64,000 bases of DNA from an uncultured virus (IMG/VR IMGVR_UViG_3300027969_000065) (lineage: Duplodnaviria > Heunggongvirae > Uroviricota > Caudoviricetes > Demerecviridae). Below the pieces are notes generated by a model, which saw only the letters and a program-made list of their open reading frames with translations, was not told the DNA's origin and ran no database searches. A program made the translations under genes and the position numbers. Each line of letters opens with the position of its first letter. Position 1 is the stretch's first letter. Shown here piece after piece: positions 17,161-25,747 of the stretch. Location of the stretch: IMG/VR virus record IMGVR_UViG_3300027969_000065. One strand, written 5' to 3'.

Positions 17161-17398
17161 AGTCAAGTTTAACAAAAGCGGATATGAGATCCGTGCAGAT
17201 GTTCTAGACATGGCCAAGGACTTTGTAGAACAAGAGTATAAAGCTAAGTTTGCAGGCTGGGAAATCTCAGCAGCGCAAGACCCTAAAACCGGAGAGTATG
17301 TCACTAAAGTTGACATGCCGAAGTTTCCAGGACTAGAAGAAATGCTTTCTACTGCTCAAAAGATGTATGACTTTGTGAACGCAGGAACCAAACGATAA
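17153..17398 (+). CDS. conserved phage hypothetical protein
   Basis: KSGYEIRADVL.MAK...FP..E..L.TA.KMY.FVN. Confidence 0.65.
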   Translation: MSEVKFNKSGYEIRADVLDMAKDFVEQEYKAKFAGWEISAAQDPKTGEYVTKVDMPKFPGLEEMLSTAQKMYDFVNAGTKR

Positions 17399-17399
17399 T

Positions 17400-17474
17400 C
17401 GCGGGATGGGAAAGTAGAAATCCGCCAGGCTCATAACCTGGAGATCGCAGGTGCGACTCCTGCTCCCGCAACCA
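17400..17474 (+). tRNA. tRNA-Met(CAU), initiator-like
   Basis: CGCGGGA/TCCCGCA with C1:A72 mismatch, CT-CAT-AA loop, ACCA. Confidence 0.85.
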
Positions 17475-17589
17475 ATTAATCGGCTTAGGCCGATTTTTTA
17501 TACCCAATAGTTTCACCTCTAAATATAAGGTTAAAAAAATTAATGATATCAAAGATACTTTATCAGTAACTAATCAATAGAGGCCTATT

Positions 17590-17811
17590 ATGGTCAGTCA
17601 ACACGATGTGCAAGAAACCATAACAACAGTTGCGGTTTTAGAAGAAAAGATTAAGAATTTAGAAGTGCTTGTTTCTAAAACAGATAGTAAATTAAAGGCT
17701 TTAGAAAAAGACAGAGACAATGCGTTAAAATGGGGTATAATGGTACTAGGTACTCTGGTTGTATCAATGGGCAGCTACATTTTTAAACTCCTAACTCATA
17801 CGTCATCATGA
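17590..17811 (+). CDS. coiled-coil protein with C-terminal TM helix
   Basis: Heptad pattern followed by WGIMVLGTLVVSMGSYIF. Confidence 0.65.
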   Translation: MVSQHDVQETITTVAVLEEKIKNLEVLVSKTDSKLKALEKDRDNALKWGIMVLGTLVVSMGSYIFKLLTHTSS

Positions 17812-17960
17812 ACTTAAAACTTTTACTTAACATATTAGGCATAGTAAGTCTTTTACTATTCACACTAATAATGATGTATGAGACTAATTTATTAGTAGGA
17901 TCAGGTACCGCAATCTTAGCCACTTTGGGGTGGAAGTACCTTTGGTTTAAAAACATATGA
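17808..17960 (+). CDS. small two-TM membrane protein (50 aa)
   Basis: ATGA-coupled on both sides; translated by hand. Confidence 0.55.
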   Translation: MNLKLLLNILGIVSLLLFTLIMMYETNLLVGSGTAILATLGWKYLWFKNI

Positions 17961-18721
17961 CTAAAACATATAAAACTATATTTATTAGTGATGTGCACCT
18001 AGGTACTAGAGATTGTAAAGCTGAGCAGCTAAATGATTTTCTAAAGAATAATAGTTGCGAAACTTTATACTTAGTAGGCGATATTATAGATGCGTGGAAA
18101 ATACAACAAAATAAACTACGTTGGAAACAAAGTCACACCAGTGTAATACGCAGAGTATTAAAATTAGTAAAACAAAATACTACGGTCATATACGTAGCAG
18201 GAAACCACGACGAGTTCTTGCGTCCTATGATTCCATATGGAGTAAGTTTCGGTAAAATAAAACTATGTAATCAGACCACGCATCTAGGCATAGATGGAAA
18301 AAAGTATTTAGTAGTACACGGCGATATGTTTGATGGTATTACGCGTTTAGCTCCTTGGCTGAGTTTTCTAGGAGACAGAGCATACGACGTAATTTTAGAT
18401 CTAAATAGTAGGTTTAACTGGATCAGACACAGATGTGGGTTTGGGTACTGGAGTTTAAGTAAATTTTTAAAAGGCAAAGTAAAAAAAGCAGTAGACTTTA
18501 TGTTTAAGTTTGAAAAAACTATCACAGATTATGCCCGAAAAAGAAAGTTTGATGGTGTAATCTGCGGACATATTCATAATGCAGAAATAAAAGTTATTAA
18601 TGGTATTACCTATATGAACGACGGCGATTGGGTAGAGTCAATGACTGCTCTAGTTGAGAATCATAATGGTAGCTGGGAAATAGTATATTGGACAAACGAC
18701 CCTAAAACTATAGAAAGTTAA
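17957..18721 (+). CDS. LpxH-like metallophosphoesterase (PlcP phospholipase C-like)
   Basis: FISDVHLG, YLVGDIID, GNHD, HGDMFD, GHIH, Y.NDGDWVES. Confidence 0.85.
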   Translation: MTKTYKTIFISDVHLGTRDCKAEQLNDFLKNNSCETLYLVGDIIDAWKIQQNKLRWKQSHTSVIRRVLKLVKQNTTVIYVAGNHDEFLRPMIPYGVSFGKIKLCNQTTHLGIDGKKYLVVHGDMFDGITRLAPWLSFLGDRAYDVILDLNSRFNWIRHRCGFGYWSLSKFLKGKVKKAVDFMFKFEKTITDYARKRKFDGVICGHIHNAEIKVINGITYMNDGDWVESMTALVENHNGSWEIVYWTNDPKTIES

Positions 18722-18725
18722 ACGT

Positions 18726-19724
18726 ATGTCTAAAAAAATCCTAATCATTACTGATAACCTACCGGAGCAGGTAAATGGAGTGGTTACTACTTTTAGAAAT
18801 ATTGAGATTTATGCAGCTAACGATGGTTATACTGTCGAGTACCTTTGCCCTAGTATTTTTCGTCATATCAGCTGTCCTGGATACTCAGATATAAAATTAG
18901 CTTTACCATGGAGAATAGGTAAAAAGATAAAAGACATAAACCCCGACTACATTCATATTGCTACAGAAGGCCCGATAGGCCTAGCGGCTAATCTATGGTG
19001 TTGGGGCAATGGCTGGAAGTTTAATACTAGTTATCATACTAAATTTCCAGAGTTCTTAAAAAAGATTTATAACATTCCCGAGTCTTGGACTTACGCTTAT
19101 CTTAGATGGTTTCATAAACACAGTGGTAAAGTATTAACTAATACTAAAACCATGGTTAAAGAACTTTATGATAATAAGTTTACCGGACAAATTATACCGT
19201 GGACTCGCGGAGTAGACAGAACTATTTTTGACAGTAGTATTAGAAATAAAACAGATAATACGGTTGTACTACTAAGCGTAGGCAGAGTAAGTAAAGAAAA
19301 AGGCCTTGAGGACTTTTGTAAATTAGACTTTCCAAAAGCCAAGAAAATCGTAGTAGGCGATGGGCCTTATCGCAAAGAATTAGAAAAGCTATATCCTGAT
19401 GTAGCTTTTGTTGGGATTAAAACTGGAAAAGAGTTAGCGCAGTACTATGCCGATTCTGATGTATTTGTTTTTACAAGTCGTTCAGATACATTTGGAATTG
19501 TTATTATTGAAGCTTTGGCTATGGGAACTCCTGTAGCAGCTTACCCTGTACCCGGGCCTTTAGATATATTAGCCAACGGTGTAACAGGGCATATGAGTGA
19601 TAACCTGGAAAACAGTATTAAAATTTGTTTGAGACTAAAACGTTCTAGAGTAGAGTCTGCATCAATGAAATGGACTTGGAAAGAATGTTGGAAAGTATTC
19701 AAATATAATCTAATAGAGAAATAG
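18726..19724 (+). CDS. GT4 glycosyltransferase (Agt-like glycolipid synthase)
   Basis: TD..P.QVNGVV.T, IHIATEGPIG, TSYHTKFPE, W.RGVD, GRVSKEK, DTFG.V.IEA...P.PGP.D. Confidence 0.85.
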   Translation: MSKKILIITDNLPEQVNGVVTTFRNIEIYAANDGYTVEYLCPSIFRHISCPGYSDIKLALPWRIGKKIKDINPDYIHIATEGPIGLAANLWCWGNGWKFNTSYHTKFPEFLKKIYNIPESWTYAYLRWFHKHSGKVLTNTKTMVKELYDNKFTGQIIPWTRGVDRTIFDSSIRNKTDNTVVLLSVGRVSKEKGLEDFCKLDFPKAKKIVVGDGPYRKELEKLYPDVAFVGIKTGKELAQYYADSDVFVFTSRSDTFGIVIIEALAMGTPVAAYPVPGPLDILANGVTGHMSDNLENSIKICLRLKRSRVESASMKWTWKECWKVFKYNLIEK

Positions 19725-19778
19725 GGAGGTTGATAAATTTATTACATACATTACTATTAATTCCCTAGGGGATAGATT

Positions 19779-20219
19779 ATGGATGCAAACGGATTCAATG
19801 CGGGAGCCAAGGTCGCAATAGGTACTATTAAAGAAGGTATCTCTGTTGGCAAAGAAGCAGGTAAGCTTGTAGAAGACATGCAAGCAGAGATGAACAAAGT
19901 TGTTGCCGAGCAGCAGAAACAACGAGTTCTAGAACGCAAAAAAGAAGCACAGCTAGGCACACTTCAAGAACAAAGAGCCTACAGACAATTTTTAGATAAA
20001 CAAAAAGCTGCGGCAGCAGCTGAGGTTTTAAAAGCCGATATACTAAAACAACATGGCAAAGTAGGTTGGGATGCATATTTAAAAGAAAAAGCACTCGTTG
20101 AAAAACAAGACTTAGAAGACAAGAGTGCTGTAATGGACGACAAAACTAAATTGCAAATGTTGGCTTGGTGGTGTTTAGGAGCAGCCGCAGTTTTAATATA
20201 TTTTTTAACAATATACTGA
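19779..20219 (+). CDS. coiled-coil protein with C-terminal TM helix
   Basis: Helical charged body and hydrophobic C-terminus. Confidence 0.7.
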   Translation: MDANGFNAGAKVAIGTIKEGISVGKEAGKLVEDMQAEMNKVVAEQQKQRVLERKKEAQLGTLQEQRAYRQFLDKQKAAAAAEVLKADILKQHGKVGWDAYLKEKALVEKQDLEDKSAVMDDKTKLQMLAWWCLGAAAVLIYFLTIY

Positions 20220-20333
20220 TGAACCGCCTACCTGTAATATTCACAGTGGCTATCATACTATTTTGTTTTATGTCAATAATTAACAAACACCACGTGCCAC
20301 ACGAACCTAAAGTGCAGCATACTAGAAAAGACT

Positions 20334-20409
20334 AGGGGATTCGCCAAGTTGGTAAGGCAGCGGATTTTGATTCCGCTATGCGGTGGTTCGAGTCCATCAT
20401 CCTCTGCCA
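20334..20409 (+). tRNA. tRNA-Gln(UUG)
   Basis: AGGGGAT/ATCCTCT, TT-TTG-AT loop, GCCA. Confidence 0.92.
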
Positions 20410-20486
20410 TTGATTCAATAATTTTGCACTTGAATCGTAGTAGTATTTCGTATATAATAATTACTTAGAAATTGAGAAACCCATCC

Positions 20487-20561
20487 GGGCCATTAATTCA
20501 ACGGTTAGAATATACGACTCATAATCGTTCAACGAGTGTTCGACTCACTCATGGCCTACCA
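20487..20561 (+). tRNA. tRNA-Ile2(CAU, lysidine type) or tRNA-Met
   Basis: GGGCCAT/ATGGCCT; CGACTCATAATCG arm typical of Ile2; ACCA. Confidence 0.8.
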
Positions 20562-20563
20562 GT

Positions 20564-20872
20564 ATGAGCAAAAAATACGCAGTAACCGCAATAATCTATG
20601 ACCGCAAAGGCAATGTTCTCAGCATGGGAAGTAATTCCTATGTTAAGACCCACCCAATGCAAGCCAAGTATGCTCAACAGGTAAATGAGCCTCACAAAGT
20701 ATTTCTTCATGCAGAAATTCATGCCATCATTAAATGTAAGGATATCGACAAAGCAAGCAAAATAGTAATCTTTAGATACAAAGAAGACGGCACTCCTGCG
20801 TATGCTAAACCATGCAGCATATGTCAAGCGGCTATTAAACAAACCAAAATCAAATTTATCGAGCATACTTAA
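20564..20872 (+). CDS. cytidine/dCMP deaminase-fold protein
   Basis: HAE and PCxxC zinc motifs. Confidence 0.75.
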   Translation: MSKKYAVTAIIYDRKGNVLSMGSNSYVKTHPMQAKYAQQVNEPHKVFLHAEIHAIIKCKDIDKASKIVIFRYKEDGTPAYAKPCSICQAAIKQTKIKFIEHT

Positions 20873-20873
20873 T

Positions 20874-21392
20874 ATGTATTTACAAGAGTTTATTGAATCT
20901 ATTGGCTTTAAAATCACCGGCGGTGACGAGTTTCTTTGGCGTTGCTATGGGCCTAATGCCCGCACTATCGACTGCGAGGATTTGGAAAAGTACTCCATCA
21001 CCTGTGTCTATGACACACAGACACAAGAAGTATACGAAATAAATGCGTGCGACTATGTTAAAGAGCGTGCTTACAAGTATATTAACCCAGAGTACTTAGA
21101 AGCCTACAAAGCACAGGCACAGGCATACGGAGTCTCAGACGATATTGCTTGGGATAGTGTAGAGTATACGCACTTAGATGTTACCCACGATATGTACGAA
21201 AAGATCGAAGGCATCATGTCTGGCGAAGACTATGACGATCGTGTAATCGTGCCTTTAGACTTGTCCGATAAAGATATGCTAAAATTGATGATTATGGCTC
21301 ATGAAGCTGACATGACTTTTAACGAGTACATCCAGCAGTTTCTTGAGCAGTTCCTTAACGATACTTTAGATAAAACTAAGACAATTCCTTGA
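20874..21392 (+). CDS. conserved phage hypothetical protein
   Basis: 3' part of ORF 20802; W.CYGPNA...AHE.DMTFN motif. Confidence 0.65.
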   Translation: MYLQEFIESIGFKITGGDEFLWRCYGPNARTIDCEDLEKYSITCVYDTQTQEVYEINACDYVKERAYKYINPEYLEAYKAQAQAYGVSDDIAWDSVEYTHLDVTHDMYEKIEGIMSGEDYDDRVIVPLDLSDKDMLKLMIMAHEADMTFNEYIQQFLEQFLNDTLDKTKTIP

Positions 21393-21460
21393 TAGCTCAG
21401 AGGTAGAGCAGTTGACTGTTAATCAATTGGCCGGAGGTTCGATCCCTTCTCGAGGAGCCA
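21386..21460 (+). tRNA. tRNA-Asn(GUU)
   Basis: TCCTTGA/TCGAGGA, CT-GTT-AA loop, GCCA. Confidence 0.92.
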
Positions 21461-21760
21461 GAATTGTTGTAATTCCTTCAAAGCGAAGGCATGTTGGACG
21501 GGGGTTCGATTCCCCCCGGCTCCACCAAAAGTACTCTTGGGTTAAAACCCCACCGTCTACAGCGGGCTCCATGGCTAGCTAGAGTACTTTTGATGGGGCC
21601 GACCAGGTTTCGACAGCGTGAGATAGTAGAGACGGCAACACGGTAGATGACGACCGTTAATCGCATAAAACTTTTAAATGCAAACGACAGCATTTTTGCT
21701 ATGGCTGCCTAACCAGCCTAGCTGAGGTATTGGCCAGTTCCTTATCAAATAATACTGGCC
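21461..21760 (+). ncRNA. ssrA: circularly permuted two-piece tmRNA
   Basis: Acceptor piece ending GGGGGTTCGATTCCCCCCGGCTCCACCA (21527), intervening segment 21528-21594, coding piece GGGGCCG (21595), G3:U pair, tag ANDSIFAMAA* at 21680-21712; outer ends approximate. Confidence 0.92.
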
Positions 21761-21836
21761 CTTTCCAATAACACCCCCCAAGCCTATCTGGTAGCCATTA
21801 CTACCGTGATGCTCAAACCGGGGGGTTTATTGGAAA

Positions 21837-21912
21837 GGTGATATAGCTCAGACGGTAGAGCGGTGTCTTCATACGGCATTTGTCGTTAGTTCGATCCTAA
21901 CTATCACCACCA
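21837..21912 (+). tRNA. tRNA-Met(CAU), elongator-like
   Basis: GGTGATA/TATCACC, TT-CAT-AC loop, ACCA. Confidence 0.88.
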
Positions 21913-21936
21913 CCCCCACTAACCACAAGGATTATT

Positions 21937-22122
21937 ATGACAAAGTTTATTGCAACACTAGCATTAAGTTTATTTTCTTTTGCCGCACTAGCAGCAACTG
22001 CTGCCTCAGCTCCTGCAGCAGCCTCGGCAGCCTCAGCTCCAGCAGCTAAGGCATCACATGCTAAGGCTCCTCATGCTAAGGCATCTGCCCCTAAAGCCGC
22101 AGCCAGTGCAGCCAGCAAATAA
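21937..22122 (+). CDS. secreted Ala-rich small protein (ASAP repeats)
   Basis: Sec signal (…AALA) then AASAPAAASAASAPAAK; AAGGA SD. Confidence 0.7.
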   Translation: MTKFIATLALSLFSFAALAATAASAPAAASAASAPAAKASHAKAPHAKASAPKAAASAASK

Positions 22123-22223
22123 TAGCTTGGAAGTAATACATTTATTTCCTCCTGAACCAGCTACAGAGTATCTAGTATGGGGTATAGATCAATTCGGATT
22201 TATATTTGTACTAGAAATTTAAC

Positions 22224-22297
22224 GCGGAATTAGTTTAATGGCAAAACAGTAGATTTCCAATCTTCTGTCATCAGTTCGATTCTGATATTCCGCTCCA
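22224..22297 (+). tRNA. tRNA-Gly(UCC)
   Basis: GCGGAAT/ATTCCGC, TT-TCC-AA loop, TCCA. Confidence 0.92.
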
Positions 22298-22309
22298 ATA
22301 AGGACTATT

Positions 22310-22591
22310 ATGGCAACAAAACCTAATCCCTACGCTTCCAAACCAAAACCCGGCATGCCGGCCAAACCCGACAGTGCACCAGCCAAACCAGACATGCCAA
22401 TGAAACCCTCAAAACCAAAAGCCAAAGACTACATGCCCATGAAACCCATGGGTTATATGCCTCCAATGACAATGGGTGCTGTTCCTACTCCTAATTCAAC
22501 TCCTGACATGCCACATCTTCCCACAGGGCCTTTACCGGTGGGGATTACTCCTCCAAACTATCACGAACCCTATCCAGCAGACAAGGATTAA
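22310..22591 (+). CDS. Pro/Met/Lys-rich low-complexity protein
   Basis: AAGGA SD; KP/MP repeats. Confidence 0.65.
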   Translation: MATKPNPYASKPKPGMPAKPDSAPAKPDMPMKPSKPKAKDYMPMKPMGYMPPMTMGAVPTPNSTPDMPHLPTGPLPVGITPPNYHEPYPADKD

Positions 22592-22743
22592 TTATGGCAG
22601 ATAATTCAAACCCCAACGACGGTTCTACATATATTCCCGCAGACAAGATTATTCCGGGCAATTGTACACCTTATAGCCCTTCAGCTAATAATCCTTTGAG
22701 GGACACATACGATAATCCTGTTCCTACTCCAGTAGGGCGTTAA

Positions 22744-23019
22744 ATGTCACTCAGGTTTAATAAAGTAAAAAAGACTTTAGAGGCAGACGACAGTATTACT
22801 TTTGGTAAGTATATTGGATTAACTCTAAGCAAAGTAATTTTATTAGATCCTGAGTACATAGATTGGGCTGTTAAACAGCCTAATCTGCTTTGTGTCAGTG
22901 ATGCTGTCATAAAGCAGATTAGAATAGCTAAGACTAAAGTTATGACAGATAAAGTATTAGACATACAGCGTAAAGCTGCAATTAACTACGAACTGGACTC
23001 TGAAGATGTACCTTTCTAA
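22744..23019 (+). CDS. hypothetical protein with FGKY.G motif (ExoX C-terminal/DUF3820-like)
   Basis: ITFGKYIG...DPEYIDW; acidic DVPF tail. Confidence 0.6.
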   Translation: MSLRFNKVKKTLEADDSITFGKYIGLTLSKVILLDPEYIDWAVKQPNLLCVSDAVIKQIRIAKTKVMTDKVLDIQRKAAINYELDSEDVPF

Positions 23020-23410
23020 AAAGATCTTTGTTAACGGTACATTCGATGTACTGCACACAGGACATTTGAATTTATTGAAAGCCGCTAAAGACCTTGGCGG
23101 CTTTGTGCTTGTTGCCGTTGACAGTGACACTAGAGTTAAACAGTTAAAAGGCCCCACCAGGCCAATTAACCCTCAGTTTGATCGTATGAAAATGCTGCTG
23201 GCTTTGAGATATGTAGACAAAGTAATCATATTCAGCAACGATGATGAGCTAGAGTTTATATGTAAAATGTATCAACCAGACGTAATGGTAAAAGGCAGTG
23301 ATTATATTAACAAACCTATCATCGGGGCTGTATGGTGCGATGATATAAAATATGTGGAATTGAATGACAAAAGTACAACAAAAACAATCCAAAGTATTAC
23401 TAATAGGTGA
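23006..23410 (+). CDS. nucleotidyltransferase, HldC/RfaE2 (ADP-heptose) like
   Basis: NGTFDVLHTGH, DSD.RVKQLKG..RPIN, PD.MVKGSDY, STT. Confidence 0.85.
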   Translation: MYLSKKIFVNGTFDVLHTGHLNLLKAAKDLGGFVLVAVDSDTRVKQLKGPTRPINPQFDRMKMLLALRYVDKVIIFSNDDELEFICKMYQPDVMVKGSDYINKPIIGAVWCDDIKYVELNDKSTTKTIQSITNR

Positions 23411-24179
23411 TGCGTGTATCGATGTATACTCGTATGTAGAACGTACGCGTAAAAATCCTGAAAATGGTACTCCTGTATTTAAAGAAGTTCATAAATCTCG
23501 TGGTACTGGCGGAATGTCTCGTAATGTATATGAAGGACTAACTAATCTAGGATTGACTTTAGATTATAAGTGTACACCTCCTTTTGAATACTGTGTTAAA
23601 ACCAGGGTAATAGATAATGTTACTATGGAACCCTTATTTAGATTAGATGAGGATATTCAAACCAAAGAAGTTAATCTCAAGAACATTGATTTACTAAGTT
23701 ATGCAGCCATAGTTATTTCTGACTATGGCAAAGGTTTTATATCTGATGCAACTATAAAGTATATCATGGATTCGTACATGGGATACGGGCAGATCTTTCT
23801 AGATACTAAAAAGAAAGATTTAGCTAGATATAGCGGGTGTGTGATTAAGATCAATCAAGCGGAGGCCCTTGCCTCGGTTTCACTGCCCTATACAAATTTA
23901 ATTGTTACTCTGGGAGAAAACGGTGCCACTTTTAATGGATATACTCAGCGGGCTATGCGTGTTGATTGCATTGATCCTTGTGGTGCTGGCGATGCGTTCT
24001 TAGCAGGTTTAGTTTACGGATATTTTCAGCAAGATCAACCAGGAGTACTGTCACATACAGCTGTAGAATATGCTATGGTTAATGCAGCACTATCAGTACA
24101 ACATCACGGAGTTTACGCTCCGGTTTTAAAAGAACTAGAACAAGGAATGACAAGCTACTATGAGCAGAAATTTAGGTAA
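23364..24179 (+). CDS. PfkB-family sugar kinase, HldA/RfaE1-like
   Basis: LLIGDACID.Y, ISDYGKG, D.K, IKIN..E, VTLG.NGA, D.CGAGDAF. Confidence 0.82.
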   Translation: MTKVQQKQSKVLLIGDACIDVYSYVERTRKNPENGTPVFKEVHKSRGTGGMSRNVYEGLTNLGLTLDYKCTPPFEYCVKTRVIDNVTMEPLFRLDEDIQTKEVNLKNIDLLSYAAIVISDYGKGFISDATIKYIMDSYMGYGQIFLDTKKKDLARYSGCVIKINQAEALASVSLPYTNLIVTLGENGATFNGYTQRAMRVDCIDPCGAGDAFLAGLVYGYFQQDQPGVLSHTAVEYAMVNAALSVQHHGVYAPVLKELEQGMTSYYEQKFR

Positions 24180-24519
24180 AGTAGAAAAAGGTTGGGGGCA
24201 CGAAGAAATTTGGGCCAGCAATGATAAATACTGTGGAAAGATTTTACACTTTAAAACAGCTTCACGCTTTAGTATGCACTTTCATGCAGTTAAAGACGAA
24301 ACTTGGTATGTGCTAGAAGGAAAGTTTTTAGTAGAGTATATCAACACAGGAATTGCTGCCACACGTGATCTTTATTTAAATCCAGGAGATACTTGGCATA
24401 ATCCTCCACTAGTACCACATCGTATTACTTGTTTGAGTGCAGGGCGTATTATCGAAGTATCTACCGCAGACAGCAACGAAGATAACTATCGCGTATCACC
24501 CGGAGACAGCCAGCGATGA
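24160..24519 (+). CDS. cupin (mannose-6-phosphate isomerase type II-like)
   Basis: VEKGWG.E, SMHFH..KDETWYV, HR, EVST. Confidence 0.8.
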   Translation: MSRNLGKVEKGWGHEEIWASNDKYCGKILHFKTASRFSMHFHAVKDETWYVLEGKFLVEYINTGIAATRDLYLNPGDTWHNPPLVPHRITCLSAGRIIEVSTADSNEDNYRVSPGDSQR

Positions 24520-25157
24520 AACCCACAATTGCAGTATTTATTCACGATCCTCAGTGTGAAACAGATTGTGCTTTGGCCATGATTCAAGGTTTATTACCAG
24601 ACTTTGACATTCGCACATTTGGCATCGAAGAACTAGATTTAAACTTCTTGCACATGCATGACGTAGTGGCTTTTCCCGGCGGCATGGGCGATTCAGACGA
24701 CTTTCATGATATTTTTGATGAAATTCAAGTCGAAATGGTTCAGCAGTATGTAGCAGAAGGCGGCAAATACTTTGGCATCTGCATGGGTGCGTATTGGGCA
24801 GGGCCACATTATTTCGATCTAGTAGGAGATCTAGAAGTAGAACAGTACATTAATCAACCTAGCACAGATATTAATACTGATGGGCCTACTGTTGCTCGTG
24901 TATCTTACGATGGAGTACCTCAGCTAATGTATTTCTATGACGGATGTGCTATTTTAGGTGATGATATTGACACAGTACTAGCTACCTATGCTAATGGTGA
25001 CGCAATGGCTGCTATTCAGGGCAATGTAGGTATGTTCGGTTGCCATCCTGAAGCATTAGAGTGGTGGTATACAGAAGGCGAACTAGATACTACGCTGTAT
25101 AATACCAATAACGCTGTAGCAATGTGCGACTTTGTACATCAGTTATTAGCAACATAA
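24516..25157 (+). CDS. class I glutamine amidotransferase-like (BPL_N family) protein
   Basis: FPGG.G, GICMGAYWA nucleophile elbow, HPE. Confidence 0.8.
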   Translation: MKPTIAVFIHDPQCETDCALAMIQGLLPDFDIRTFGIEELDLNFLHMHDVVAFPGGMGDSDDFHDIFDEIQVEMVQQYVAEGGKYFGICMGAYWAGPHYFDLVGDLEVEQYINQPSTDINTDGPTVARVSYDGVPQLMYFYDGCAILGDDIDTVLATYANGDAMAAIQGNVGMFGCHPEALEWWYTEGELDTTLYNTNNAVAMCDFVHQLLAT

Positions 25158-25225
25158 TTTTGTACTTGAATCATGCGTTAAATCAAGTTATAATTATTCT
25201 TTAAACAACTCGCCGAGTAAATACT

Positions 25226-25651
25226 ATGTCAGCAGCTAATTTTGTAGAGAGTTTTGCTAAACTTGCAGGTATTTGGCCTGATAAGTTTATTTCAGTATCC
25301 GAGTATCTAGAAGAACCAAAGGCAATCTCTGCTGATGAAGCGCAGGCCCACGGTATTCTTATTGTTCATGCAAGGAGTGCTAAGAATAAGGGCGGAGTTA
25401 CTATTGCATATCGTAAAATGAATGAGCATAAAAATTGCCGCATGGTAGAGGTTGCAACTGCATACTGCTCACCACAAGATACCTTTAGCAAGAAGATTGG
25501 TACGCGTAATGCTCTCGCTAACTTCTTGATGGGCAAGACTGTTATGGTTCCAGCCCGGCGTAATAACAATGATGATGATACTGTAGTTACTTTGCGAAAT
25601 ATTTTCTGGAATAACCTACAACCTTTCAATACTAAACTTCTAGATTGGTAA
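25226..25651 (+). CDS. hypothetical protein
   Basis: GGVTIAY...CS.QD.FSKKIG motif; promoter at 25166-25194. Confidence 0.7.
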   Translation: MSAANFVESFAKLAGIWPDKFISVSEYLEEPKAISADEAQAHGILIVHARSAKNKGGVTIAYRKMNEHKNCRMVEVATAYCSPQDTFSKKIGTRNALANFLMGKTVMVPARRNNNDDDTVVTLRNIFWNNLQPFNTKLLDW

Positions 25652-25657
25652 TTAAAT

Positions 25658-25741
25658 GCGAGAGTGGTGGAATGGTATACACAGGAGACTTAAAATCTCC
25701 CGCCCTTGGGCTTGAGGGTTCGACTCCCTCCTCTCGCACCA
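25658..25741 (+). tRNA. tRNA-Leu(UAA)
   Basis: GCGAGAG/CTCTCGC, CT-TAA-AA loop, variable arm, ACCA. Confidence 0.93.
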
Positions 25742-25747
25742 CATAAT

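Noticed and set aside
21478..21693. Minus-strand ORF containing LVEPGGIEPPS
   Set aside because: This is the antisense shadow of the tmRNA T-arm
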